This document shows positions 40,569-54,068 of a stretch of 64,000 bases of DNA, in pieces. Source of the stretch: Octopus sinensis (taxonomy: Eukaryota); NCBI RefSeq assembly GCF_006345805.1, contig NC_043012.1, forward strand, positions 7,006,001-7,070,000, read 5' to 3'. The position numbers and the translations under genes were made by a program. The notes under the pieces are model-generated. The model ran no database searches and had not been told where the DNA came from. It was given only the letters and a program-made list of their open reading frames with translations. Each line of letters begins with the position of its first letter. The first letter of the stretch is position 1.

Positions 40569-40890
40569 CAGACAGTAGAGGATAATAGGAAAGCGTGAGA
40601 GAGTAAGTGAAAGCTTGAAAGAGATGGGGAAACGGAGAAAGATGATAGACATAGAAGCCCAGGGTTTCCTCTGACGGTGTTTGTTGTCAAACATGTCATT
40701 TTACTTAAATAGATTCTATTTTATTTATATAGAATTGAATGTCTCTGATTCAGCGTTCATCATCACAGAGAGAAGGGAATAAATATGGAGAGATGTGGCG
40801 GGCTGGATGGGTGTGTGGACGGTCAGCCAGCGATTGCTGGCTGTCTGTGTGTACGTGTGCCTCAGTGTGTGTATGTGTGTATGCATACAT

Positions 40891-40945
<55 letters not shown>

Positions 40946-41109
40946 ACACACACACACACATACTGAAAAAACAGTAGCTGACTGGTTGGCTAGGTAGACA
41001 AAGAAATAGACAGGACGATAGTCTGAGAAATGGACAGGTACACAGACGGATAGACAGGCAAGCAGACAGACAGATAGATAGATTGACAGACAGACAGATA
41101 GATAGATAT

Positions 41110-41360
41110 ATTTCTTTATTGGCCACGCAGGGCTGAACACAGAAGGGACAAAATACAAGGTAGAGCTTTTCTATTTGGGAAGAAGAGAAGAAAAAAAAAA
41201 TGGGTCGGATTCCGATCAAAAGGTGGGGACGATCAATAGGGATCGTGTATCATAGAAATATCAATGTAAAAAGGGGGAACAGATTAGGTTTGTCCGTGGA
41301 TAGAAAAGCCTACGGAAAAGATCACGGGAACCTTGGGCAATAGTGTCATGCAAAAAGAAA
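41110..41360 (-). mobile_element. Tx1-like LINE 3' UTR fragment
   Basis: Same 3' UTR blocks as the copies at 26214 and 58194. Its 3' end abuts a GACA/GATA array at ~41050-41108. Confidence 0.8.
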
Positions 41361-41416
41361 ACGCATTACAGTAAGTGGGTCCCTTTTTTTCCTTTCATTA
41401 CATAGATAGATAGATA

Positions 41417-41645
41417 AGTTACTTTATTGGCCACACAGGGCTGCACACAGATGGGACGAGTTACAAGGTAGAGCTTTTCTTTTGGGGGGATGAAAAAAAC
41501 AAAAAACAAAAGAAAAAAAAGGGGTGGCATAGGTTTTCGATCAAGAGGGATCGTAAAAGGGAAGAAAAGAACAAAAAAAATAAAAAAAATAAAATAAAAA
41601 ATAAAAAGAAAAAAAGAAAAGGAAAAGGAACAAAAGAAAAGAGAA

Positions 41646-41646
<1 letters not shown>
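41417..41646 (-). mobile_element. Tx1-like LINE 3' UTR fragment flanked by GATA repeats on both sides
   Basis: ACTTTATTGGCCACACAGGGCTGCACACAG...GATCAAGAGGGATCG. (GATA)3 at ~41403-41416 and (GATA)n at 41647-41725. Confidence 0.8.
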
Positions 41647-41726
<80 letters not shown>

Positions 41727-42059
41727 ATGGAGTCTAGTTGGATAGTTTTGGAGAACTTTCACACCAAACATCTATTGCACAAAGATTATCTTTCCATTTT
41801 CATGTTTTCTTGGAAACGAAACTCATCAGACTACGAGTGGATGGCTTCGACTCCTTAACTGGGATAACACAGTTTGTGGCTAAAATGCTAGTTTCGGAAT
41901 CACGCGGTTGTAGTTTGTATCCCATTTCAGGAAACCTTGAAAAAGTTGTCCTGGAATCTGGTTGACGAAAATTATTGAAGTTGTGCCCTCTCCCTCGCTT
42001 TGTCCTTTCTCTGTCCGTCTGTCTCTGTCTGATGTCTCTCTCTCTCTCTCTGTGTGTGT

Positions 42060-42128
<69 letters not shown>

Positions 42129-42273
42129 CGGAGACGTACGTTGCCTGGCAAGTGTTTCGATCTGAGACTGTGAGTTCAAACTAAAACAATTACAGCGTGG
42201 AAGATACCGATTAGCCATTCAAAAATACATGAGAATACATGAGAAAGTGAATGTGAACGAGAGAGAGAGGGGG

Positions 42274-42311
<38 letters not shown>

Positions 42312-43372
42312 AGAGAGATCAGCTGTGGCAAGGTGGAGGCTGCTGTGTGTTTTGATCGAATCTATGATCGTATGTTTCCCTCAGAGACAATAAAATCTTG
42401 TATCTAGCTCCTCTCATTCCCACCTCACCGTCGCCAAACTCTCGTCTTCCCTCATAGGGCCACAGACGCACATCATACACATCTTATATGCAAATACGTA
42501 TGTGCGTGCTTGAATGTTCTTCCGTGTTCATGACAGAGTGCAATGTGCGTTTGTTCGTGTATGCGTGTGTCTGGCGGAGGTGGCACGAGCGAGCGTAATC
42601 CATCAAACACACACACACACACACTTGGACACACGTGTGCAAGACTTGAGAAAGGATTTTAACAGGATGTGTGAATGCATAATATAACGATGCGTTACAA
42701 ACAAATACTACTACTACTACTTCTACTACTACTACTACTACTACTACTACTTACTACTACTACTACTTCTACTACTACTACTACTACTACCATTGCAAAT
42801 GATCCTTTCTTATTTTGACACAAGGCCAACAATTTTGAGGGGAGGGGCTAGTCGATTACATTCACCCCCCCCCCCATTTGTTTTATCGACCCCCGAAAGG
42901 ATGAAAGGATGACTGGCAAAGTCGACCCTTGCCGGAATTTGAACTCAGAACATTAATGATGGACGAAAAATCGCTAAGCATTTCGTCCGGCGTGCTAGCG
43001 ATTCGCCCAACTCGCTGCCTTAATAATAATAATAGTTTCAAATTTTACCACAAGGGCAGCAATTTGGGGGGAGGGGATGATTGGATTACATCGACCCCCT
43101 ATATTCATCGGGTATTTATTTCATCGACCCCCGAAGGTCGAAATCGGCAGAATTTTCAACTCAGACCGTAAAGACAGACGAAATGCCGCTAAGCATTTCG
43201 ACCGGCCTATTCACAATTCTACCTGCACGCTGGCTTGCCGCTGCTATTACAAATAATGCCGTTAGAAGAATGCCGGTTCTGGAAGAATTAACGTAAATTC
43301 GACCTATGCAGGGGCGGTGGGGGCGATCTTTAAAAGAAAAAGACGTAATGAAATGTAATTAAATATAATATA

Positions 43373-43537
43373 GGCGTAGGAGTGGTTGAGTCGTAAGTAG
43401 CTTCCTTACGAACCACATGGTTCCGGGTTCAGTCCCACTGCGTGGCAACTTGGGCAGGTGTCTTCTACTATAGCCTCGGGCCGACCAAAGCCTTGTGAGT
43501 GGATTGGTAGACGGAAACTGAAAGAAGCCCGTCGTAT

Positions 43538-43615
<78 letters not shown>

Positions 43616-43833
43616 GTGTGTGTGTGGTTTGTGTGTGTGTGTTTGTACCCCCAACATCGCTTGACAACCGATGCTGGTGTGTGTTTACATCCCCGTAACT
43701 TAGCGGTTCAGCAAAAGAGACCGATAGAATAAGTACTAGGCTTACAAAGAATAAGTCCTGTGGTGGATTTGCTCGACTAAAGACGGTGCTCCAGCATGAC
43801 CACAGTCAAATGGCTGAAACAAGTAAAAGAGTA
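43373..43833 (+). mobile_element. SINE-A, full length, with expanded internal microsatellite
   Basis: Same architecture as 40032-40434. (TA)n(TG)n at ~43525-43640. Confidence 0.9.
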
Positions 43834-45737
43834 AAGCTTTACTGATTCTGTCTATGCACCATTCAAAATGATGCTTTCTGATTTGAGCAGAAGACCAGAG
43901 ATTTTGAGGGGAGGGGCCTAGTCAGGTACATCAACCTTAGTGCTCAAATGACACTTTTTTTATCGACCCTGAAAGGATGAAAGGCGGGAGTCGACCTTGG
44001 AGGAATTCGTACTGAGAACTTGAAGAGCCGGAAGAACTGTTGTTTAGTATTTTGTCCGACTCACTAACGAGTCTGCCAGCTTGCTGTTTTAATAATAATC
44101 CATTTTACCATAGGCGCAAGGCCTGAAATTTTGAGGGAGGGTACTAGTCGACCCACCCCAGTACTCAATCTGTACTTATTTAATCGATTCTGAGAGGATG
44201 AAAGGCAAAGTCGACCTCAGTGGAATTGGACCTTAGAACGTAAAAACGGACAAAACACCACCGAAGCACTTTGTCCGGTACACCAACTATTCTGCCAGCT
44301 ATTCTGTCTCAATAATACTTTCTACTAAAGGCAAAAGGCCCCAGTGTTTCATGGTACTTAATTTGTTGACCCCGAAATGATGTCGCCGCCTTAATAATAA
44401 TGGTTTCAAATTTTGCCAGTGCCAGCAGGTTTTTAATGAGAAAGGGCGAGTCGATTATTGGGGAATTTTTTTAACCGGTTACCCCCAAAATATATTTATT
44501 TACACCGACGTTACCCCCTTGATTCGAATGGAAGAAAATCACGGATAACAAGGAACAGGTTTTTTTTTTTAAATATAATTTTACATATGTCTAATGAGTC
44601 CCCATTACCACCAATAATTTCATTTTACCCCATTTGGGGTAATTTACCCCGGTTCAACTATCCCGGGATTATGCTGAATCAACTATTTGAGTGGTATTTA
44701 ATTTTATCGATTCCGAAAGGATGAAAGACAACGTCGACCCGGGCGACATTTGAAACCGGAACGTAAATACAAACGAAATGCTACTAAGCATTTAGTCCGA
44801 CGCACTGACGATACGTCACCATAATAATAATAATAATAATAATAATGATGATGATGATGATTTTTATTTCATATTAGCACGAAACCAGTCATTTTAGGAC
44901 CGAGATGAATTGATTGAACCTAGGTGTTTATGATATTGATTCCAACCCGGAATGGATGGTGGGGGTAAACTTGACCTAAGCTCCATTTGAACTCAGATAT
45001 GGTAAATAACACAAAGGCATTATTTTCCAGTACCATCGATTCTGTAACTTCAATAAGAGAAATCATAATAATGTTCTCTAAAATAAACGCAAGCACTGGT
45101 ATGGATAGCCAAAACGAGAAGCCGGCAGGTAATATACGCGTGAACATATTACAGCATCATGAAGCATCAGAAAAACTTATCGAAAAACGGAAAGCTATTT
45201 TCATATATACGTGTGTTAGACAACTCACCGTTAGACACACACGCACACGCACACGCACGCACGCACATTACTCTCCATTTTTCCATTCGCCATCAGGTTG
45301 ACGAGCGACACCTGGTGGTTTTCTTCAGAAGCATTTATATGCTTGTCATGGAATTTTCGTGACAGAATACAAAGGTGGTTTCCCGTTGCCTTCCTTCCGG
45401 TATTCTCTCCCTACCCCACCCCCATCTCCTCTCCCCCTCCATCTCTTTCTGTCCCTCCCTTCCTTTCATTACAAGACACCGTCATGTCGGTTATGGCTAA
45501 TTCCGACGGTGTCGGAGATGAAAGAGAGAGAGAACCAATACCTTACTACTATTTCTGATTATCGACCCCGGAAAGGATAAAAGGCAAAATTACCCTTGGT
45601 GGGATATGAACTCAGAGCCCAGAGGGTTGAAGCAAATAACACAAGGTATTCAAAACGATAACGATTCGAAAAATTCGCCACATTTAACGTTTCTAATACA
45701 GAATCATTGTTTCGTAATTCGGGTTGTGTGTTGTGTG

Positions 45738-45776
<39 letters not shown>

Positions 45777-45794
45777 TATGTGTGTGTTGTGAGT

Positions 45795-46170
45795 GTGGGT
45801 TTGTCTCCTTCCCAACCACATGGTTTCGGGTTCAGTCCCACTGTGTGGCACCTTGGGGAAGTGTTTCTATTATAGCCACGGGCTGAGCAAAGCCTTGTCA
45901 GTGGATTTGGTCGACGGAAACTGAAAGAAGACCACCATATAATAAATAACTAAATGTATGTGTGTGCACGTGTGCCTTTGAGCCTGTACTTGTCACCCAG
46001 AACCACTTGAAAACCGGTGTTGGTGTGTTTACGTCCACCCTAATTTAGCGATTCGGCACAAGAGACGATAGAATAGAAGCTAGGCTTTAAAGAAATAAAT
46101 GTTGGGGGAAATTCGTTCGACTAAAACCCTTCAAAGGATTCCCCAGCATGACTGCAATCTGATGACTGTA
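45795..46170 (+). mobile_element. SINE-A, degraded full length
   Basis: CCAACCACATGGTTTCGGGTTCAGTCCC...CAGCATGACTGC. Confidence 0.8.
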
Positions 46171-48186
46171 ACAAGACCCTCAGGTAAATACCAAATTTAA
46201 TACCCTCTCTAATCTGTGATGGACAAAAAGCTCCAAATTTTTTTTCGAATAAATATAGGCGATTAAGCGGACACCAGTTATTAGTTGGTATTTCAATTGC
46301 TTCAACCCCGAAAGAATAACAAGCAAAATAAACTCCGGTGAGATTTGAACTCAGATCGCAAACAACCGAAATAGCTCGAATCCGACGTGTTAACGATTCT
46401 TCCAAACCCCGCACTTGCCGCCGAAACGGTATTGTTTCTAATTTTGGCACAAGGCCAGCAGTTTTAAGGGGAAGGGGTAATTCAATACTATCGACTCCAC
46501 AACTTGAATGGTTTCTTATTTTATCGATACCGGCAAAATGAATGGCAATGTTGACCTGGGTGGGATTTGAAATCAGATCGTAAATGGCCGGAATGAATAG
46601 AGCAAAGCAACTTTTTTTTTTGCTACACATTAATGATTGGGTGGGGCGGGGGGAGACAAATGATCACATTAATTTCGGTAATTAACTGATTATTTTATAA
46701 ACCGTTGAAAGATGAAAGACAAAGTTGGCCTCAGCGAGATTTGAACGCAGAACTTAAATGGCCGGGACAAACGTCCAACCGGCCAAAAAAGATAAAAAGA
46801 AAATCGTAAATTGATATGGACCAAAGACAACGATGTTAGAGTCTAGGGACAGTCGATTATTTTCGACTACCGTATATTACAGGTGTCTTCTTTGTTCTAC
46901 TATAAAAGCCGCAAAAAAAAAAAAAAAAAGGATGGAGTATTTTAATGTAGAAGATTGTGTGATGTCCATGCCTGTACGAAGAACCTTGGTGATGCGTGTT
47001 TATGAGGCAGCCTCTAGGCTAGGGTTAGCGAAGAAAATATCTACACGATGCCACTTATATTTAAAAAAAAAAGGATGGATGCAGTAAATGTTCTCCTAGA
47101 TGTCCACGACGAGAATATTTTCGATCAAAGGCGAGCAATGGTCATGGTCGTCACAGATCTGACCGAGGGTTACAAGATTAACAAAGGTTATAAGGCTGAC
47201 ATAGAGTCACAAGGTTGGCATAGGGTCACGTAACTGACATGGGGTCACAGGATTGACATGGGGGTTTACAGAGCTGAGATAGAATTGTGACAATGCCAAC
47301 AACACTGCATAAAGGCGACGTAATCTGCAAGAAAGGTGGGTGTTTCCACAGGTAGCTGAAACCGGCATGTCGATACACTTGGGCCAGGACCTTCAACCGT
47401 ATCCTGTACAAACCAGCGTGGAAACTTAAATGAAATCAGTCGCTTGACAAATAGAAAGAAAAGCCAAATCTCCTTTAAGTCACATTCAACTGCCTTTGCT
47501 TAAAAAAAAATCACAAAAAGAGAGAAGGGAAAGATATAGATTGGTCAATGTAGTTGTAGACATAGACAAAAAATGTATCATAGAGAAATGATCAGATGTT
47601 AGGTCGTAATTGGAACGTTTTGAAATCGTACTTCTGCTTGAGTTAGACTGACCTGGGGCTAAACACAAACAAGTACAGCAAGGACAATAGCTACAATATT
47701 AACAACCTTATCCTGTATTCACGCTTCGGTGTCTGCAGCGTAGGAAATTATGGTTTTACTCGGATTAGCCAGACACATGGCTTCTGATATTTCAGAATAG
47801 AAGTGGTAGAGAAGGAAAGAAGGAAAGAAGGAGACAGTGAAGGAGAGAGGAGTGAGAGGAAGGAGACATGAACAGAGAGGGGGATGTGACGTTCTTCAGT
47901 CGTTTATTATATCCCAAGATTTTATCATAGCTGTTATTATTGTTTAACCCTAGGTTTCCCGCTGGTCAAATTCTTTTGTGTTTGTGTCTCCTATCATTGC
48001 TAAGGCCACGCTGGAGCAGAGATTTTTACAAATTTCAGTACCGTAACCACTTCATCAAAAGTACATCTATACTCAAGAGACATTCCAGCCATGACCAACT
48101 CCTATTTGTTTTCAGATTACATTCAGTATATTTAGTAGCGTATTATCCAACGTGTCCACTCCATTAGGTTAATTTCAAAGTGTGTG

Positions 48187-48243
<57 letters not shown>

Positions 48244-48251
48244 GTTTTTTG

Positions 48252-48286
<35 letters not shown>

Positions 48287-49446
48287 TGTGTGTGATGTGT
48301 GTGTGTGTGTGTTTGTGTGTGTAGTTGGTTCGGCGGGCGAGTTGGCAGGGCGAAGTATTTGTTCCGGTTCTCTCCATTCCAAGTTCAAATCACATCTTTT
48401 TCATTCGCTTTCTTCGGGTGGATAAACAACGCACCCGTCTATTACTGGGGTCGATTCTTCTTCTTTTGTTCAATCTCCCCCCCACCTCTCGCTCCCTAGA
48501 AAATGATTACGATGATGATGGTGATGAAATTGGCTACGGTTAGGCCTGGAGAAAGAAGGGCTCCGCCAGGTTAAAAATGCCGGGAGGTGAAGGACACCCA
48601 CCCGCAAGGCAAGTTGTGTATGCTGGGAGGGAGTGGAGCGGGGGTTGTATACATGTGTATGGACACGTGATTTTGAGGGAAGCATTCGTTGCTATATCGA
48701 GCAGATCTCGAGCAGACCACGAGGTCGATGCCGTCTCGTTGCTATATCTAGCGGCGTCGACAACTACACGCCTACTACAACTTAAAAAGCGAAAATTCGA
48801 AACCGTAGCCCGCGATTTTAGCTGATCCACGAGTTGTCTTCGATCTTACTCAACAGTTTTGTAGCCTAATAAACGGCATTGATTTCGTTACTACACGGGA
48901 AAGAAAGATGCACAGACGAACAGACAGAAACAGTGTGAAATACGCGAGTATAGGATGTTCATTCATGCGTTTATCAAGGCTGTTTCGTAATTCTCTCGTG
49001 TCAGTGGAGTAGAGTGGATTGAAATAAAAGAAAGTCGGGGAAGAAGTGAAGTGGTGGGTGGGAATCAAGAAATGAATAAATATCTAAAATTGAGATCGCA
49101 GGTTCGATCCACCGTGAAAATTTTATCTTGTTACTTTACTTAAAACAAAAAAGGAAAAAAAAGAAAACATGAACCTATATATATATTTGTTTCATTTTGG
49201 ATTTACGTTTGTGTTTTCCTCTGTGGCACTATCGATATATCGAGATATTTAATAAGAAAATGATTCTTAAAACACACTTAAATAAAATACTGTATACAGG
49301 TAGGATGATGATGATGATGATGATGACGAGTATAATGCTAACAACAGCAACAACAACAATAATCATTTCTTTTCTTGCCACATGAGTAACATTAACACAC
49401 AAAAAAACAACAACACCACACTAACAAAAGCATTTTTGGAGTTAAG

Positions 49447-49482
<36 letters not shown>

Positions 49483-49888
49483 TCTGCTTACGTGTGAAAA
49501 CAAAACACGTATACAAAGACGCGCGCACGCACATGCACACGCGTGCAAAAGCTTGTGTGTGAGAGAGAGAGAGAACATGTTTGATGTATACAGAAAGAAA
49601 TGTATGCATATATGAATGTATGTATGTATGTGTATGTGTATATATATATATGTATATATATATATAGGTTCATTACAGTTCGGCTTAGAATGTCGTGACC
49701 TCGTGCTTGATATCCTCAGGGTGTCTTTGGAACTGCCCTTAGTCTGACCACCATGACCACCATTAATCGAGTGTTCGCTGTCAGACCCACTGCTAACCTA
49801 TTACGATAACCGACATAAGAAATATTTACTCTAGCAAAGGTATTGAGTTAGCTTCTACTTTGTCCGTGGTTAACACACAACTAACTAA

Positions 49889-49927
<39 letters not shown>

Positions 49928-50057
49928 GGTGGGTGTATACATGTGTACGTTTGTGTGTTTAAATCTTTGTATGCACCTATGTGCGTAGGTGTATGTGTGC
50001 ATACGCATATATATACCGTGTAGTTGTACATACGTGCATGCACATACACATACACAC

Positions 50058-50128
<71 letters not shown>

Positions 50129-50368
50129 TATTTAGCATATAATAAAACAAAAGTCCGTAACATTACTATGTATGAAATGATCTTAAAAAAAACTCAGAAA
50201 CGAAAGATAATGACCCCCGCCCGCCTCCCGCCACCTCACCAAAAAAGCAAAAACCCAAATAAAAAGAAAATAATAATAACTGAAAATGAATGAGCAAACT
50301 TACAACAACAACAACAACATGAGCCTCAGCAATAACAAAAACAAAAACAAGTAGCTTTCGTCTCTTAC

Positions 50369-50486
50369 CTGTTGTGGTGAGGCTGGCGCTAATAGGCTGT
50401 AGCAATACTCCAAAGGTAATCCATAATGTGTGAAATAATATAATATTGGTACTCGTTATAATTACAAGAGTCTGTATTCGCCTCAT
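50369..50486 (-). CDS. Candidate coding exon encoding a signal-peptide-like N-terminus (MRRIQTLVIITSTNIILFHTLWITFGVLLQPISASLTTT+G) of an unidentified secreted or membrane protein
   Basis: ATG at 50486 in gccATG context. 39 open codons plus 1 nt end at a strong donor, CAG|GTAAGA (50368). Basic RR n-region, long hydrophobic core, ISA-S cleavage-like site. A possible acceptor (TCTGCCAG|CC) lies 2 nt before the ATG. Unique, non-repetitive sequence. Confidence 0.5.
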
Positions 50487-50679
50487 GGCTGGCAGATTTA
50501 AATGAACAGACAACATACAACAACAACAACAACAACAACAGCAGACACGAAACACACTCGTACATTCATACATGCATGCAAGTACGCCGTACACACATGA
50601 TGCTAACTCAGACACCACGTATATTTATATATGTTATGTATGTATAACGTATATATATATATACATATACGTGTGTGTG

Positions 50680-50715
<36 letters not shown>

Positions 50716-51124
50716 TGTATGTATATATTGTTGAACGTTCTTGACACGCATTCACGCACGCACACACGCACACATACGTGGACTTACATCATCGTTGCGC
50801 GTGTAGTGTGTGTGTATATATATATATATATACATACATGTATACATATATATATATATAATTTTTTGAGTTGTAAGGTATTTGTGTGTAGATGTGTATG
50901 TGTGTGTAAGAGAGTTTGCACGCGCGTGTGTGTATGTGCGTTTGTATGAAAATATATCCTTGAATGAATGTGTGTGTGTAAGAGTCTTTATATGTATATA
51001 TATGTATGTAGTATGTATGTATGTATGTATGTATGTATGTATGTATGTTTGTGTAAATCTGTGAGGTGGTACTCGTATCAAAACTTCAACTTCGAAACAC
51101 ACGCAATACAAAATAATAATAATG

Positions 51125-51158
<34 letters not shown>

Positions 51159-51241
51159 TAATAATAATAACAGCAATTATTAAATTTCCAAAGATGAAAT
51201 TTTTTTTTTCATAAATCCATAGAGGAATAACAAGAATAACT

Positions 51242-51286
<45 letters not shown>

Positions 51287-51929
51287 CTTCTCTTTAAAAT
51301 GCCGCCAAGAAATGTTTTTTAAAAATATATATGTATTTGTGTATATAGTTTATACGCCAGACCAGACGAGGCTATACAGAAGAGAAACCCGGATCCGAAA
51401 CTGAACGTGTTATTCAACCGGCCAAAAAGCTCGACAATTAAAAAAAAAATCCCGACCGACCAACCGACCGACCGATCAGCCAGCCAAACCAAAAGCCAGA
51501 CCAAACTAAACGAAAACTGGAAAACCAACCGACTTTTTTCTCCTGTCAGCCAGCCGACCAGCCAGCCAACAAGCCTGCTAGTTTCCACCAACCAACCTAC
51601 ACGTCAGTCAGCCAAACCAAATTACGGGGGAGCGGGCGGGGGCGGACAACAACAACAACAACAGCAACAACAACACTAACGAAACGAACCAGCCAGGCTA
51701 CCAGCGTACCATCCTACCAGACAACCAACCAGTTAGACAGACAGACAGACAACTGAACTAGCCTCACACACACACAGACACGCACATACATACATACGTA
51801 CGCTTACACACGTGCGCGCGCGCAAGCAAAGAACCAACCGACAAACCAGCCAGCCCGATAGTCAACCATTCAGCCAGACGACCAACCGACTCTCCCCCAC
51901 CCCCGCACAGCCAGCCAGCCGACTGAATA

Positions 51930-52924
51930 CAGCAGCAGCAGCAGCAACAACAGCAACAACAACGACAGCAGTAGTTCCTACAACAACAGTAATAACAAGA
52001 ACAACTTATAATAATAATGATGATGATGATGATGATGATGATAACAGCGACAGCGATAAACGATGATGATGATGATAATGGTGGTGGTGGTGGTGACGAT
52101 AACGGCGGCAATAATAACAATGGAGAGAGGAAGCGACGATGACAACGATGACAACGGTACGATGACGATGACGATGATGATGATGATGACGATGATGATG
52201 ATGACGATGATGATGATGACAACGATGAAAAACGATGACAACGTATCCGGTAGTAACGAAGCCGCAGGTGGTAGTGGAGCCGAAAGCGGTGGTGGCGGTG
52301 GAGGCGATAGTGGTGGTGGTGGCGGTGGTGGTGGTGATTGTGGTGGTGGTGGTGATTGTGGTGATGGTGGTGGTGGTGGTGATGGTGGTGGTGGAGGCGA
52401 TAGTGGTGGTGGCGGTGGAGGCGATAGTGGTGGTGGTGGTGGTGGTTGTGGTGGTGGTGGTGGTGATTGTGGTGATGGTGGTGATTGTGGTGATGGTGGT
52501 GATTGTGGTGATGGTGGTGGTGGTGGCGGTGGAGGCGATAGTGGTGGTGGTGGTGGTGGTTGTGGTGGTGGTGGTGGTGGTGGTGGTGGTGGTGGTGATT
52601 GTGGTGGTGGTGGTGGTGGTGGCGGTGGAGGCGATAGTGGTGGTGGTGGCGGTGGTGGCGGTGGTGGTAGTGGTGGTGTTGGTGCTGGTGGTGGTGGTGG
52701 TGGAGGCGGTAGTGGTGGTGGTGGTGGTGGTGGTGGTGGATAGAGGCGGTAGTGGTGGTGGTGGTGGTTGTGGTGGTGGTGGAGGCGGTAGTGGTGGTGG
52801 TGGTGGTTGTGGTTGTGGTGGTGGTGGTGGAGGCGGTAGTGGTGGTGGTGGTTGATAATAGTGATGTTTGTAATGGTGGCAGTAATAGCAACAGTAGCGG
52901 TAACATCGGTGGTGGTCATAAAAA

Positions 52925-52976
<52 letters not shown>

Positions 52977-53000
52977 TTGATGTTGGTGGCGTTCGTCCTA
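51930..53000. repeat. Compound trinucleotide tract (CAG/CAA, GAT/GAC, long GGT-based, AGT)
   Basis: Direct reading. The GGT tract (~52265-52855) contains higher-order units GGCGGTGGAGGCGATAGT and GGTGATTGTGGTGAT. Confidence 0.95.
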
Positions 53001-53785
53001 ATGGATTAATGGTGTTGGTGGTGGTGGTGGCCTTGGTCATAGCGCTCACAATTTGATGATGATGATGATGGTGTTGATTGTGCTAGTGATGACAACGATA
53101 ATGCTGATGTTGATGATACTTAAAACAACCAAGGTCAACTCAGTTACATGTAGACCTGTGGCCAAAGGTATTCCACTCATGGCCATCCCATCCTATCCCA
53201 TCCCATTTCATCCCATGTTTATTATTATTATTATTATCATCATTATTATTTTGTATAATAGCATTGTCCATTGTTTATGGCTTTATTTGAAATGTTTGGA
53301 TGCGTTTTGAGGGTGATTTAGCTGCTATGTTTAGCAGGATAAAAAACAGAAAAAAAAAAAAACTGCGCAGAGGCCTCTTCGTTGACGCGATCATGATGAC
53401 GACGACGACGACGACGGCGATGATGATGATGATGATGATGGCTATTTGAGAGATGTAGTTATTGGTGATGATGCTGATGGTTCTGGCGGTAGTGGTGGTG
53501 GTGGTGGAGGTGTCCGTCGGTAAAATTTACGACGACGACGGCGACGACAACGAAAGAGTTCAGTGAATACAACAAACACACTTACACACGTTTATCTCTC
53601 AAACTATAATACATACACACACACACATACAAATACGTGTACACACGCACACACGCATATACGTGTGTGTGTGTGTGTGTATCCTCAAATACTCGCTAAC
53701 ACACTGACACAGGCACACACGCACACACTCGCATACATGTATGCATTTATATATATACGTGTGTGTATACATATGTATATATGTG

Positions 53786-53819
<34 letters not shown>

Positions 53820-53837
53820 CATATAATATATTATATC

Positions 53838-53869
<32 letters not shown>

Positions 53870-54027
53870 ATAAATATATATATGTACATATGAGTATATA
53901 TACATATATATGTGTGTACATATATTTATATACATAATACAAATGCATGTACATATATATATATATATATACACGCATAGACATAGAAACATACACACAT
54001 ACATACATACACCCACGGGCATGCACA

Positions 54028-54068
<41 letters not shown>

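Larger units (their letters stand above)
42800..46900 (-). mobile_element. Second cluster of co-oriented degraded SINE-B copies, interspersed with SINE-A
   Basis: B motifs at ~42810, 43040, 43890, 44100, 44330, 44690, 44880, 45550, 46280, 46430 and 46660, all on the minus strand. Confidence 0.7.

Noticed and set aside
46930-47330. Weak LINE-like peptide traces (also 12530-12780)
   Set aside because: Similarity to RTE C-termini is too faint to support without a search.
48540-48830. 96-aa minus-strand ORF as exon 2 of the signal-peptide gene
   Set aside because: No convincing acceptor/donor pair in the required phase, and the peptide has no recognisable domain.
51764-52919. Long ORFs (380, 313, 226 aa) rich in His, Pro, Gly or Val
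   Set aside because: All frames on both strands are open because the DNA is GGT/GAT trinucleotide repeat. There is no splice context or non-repetitive domain.
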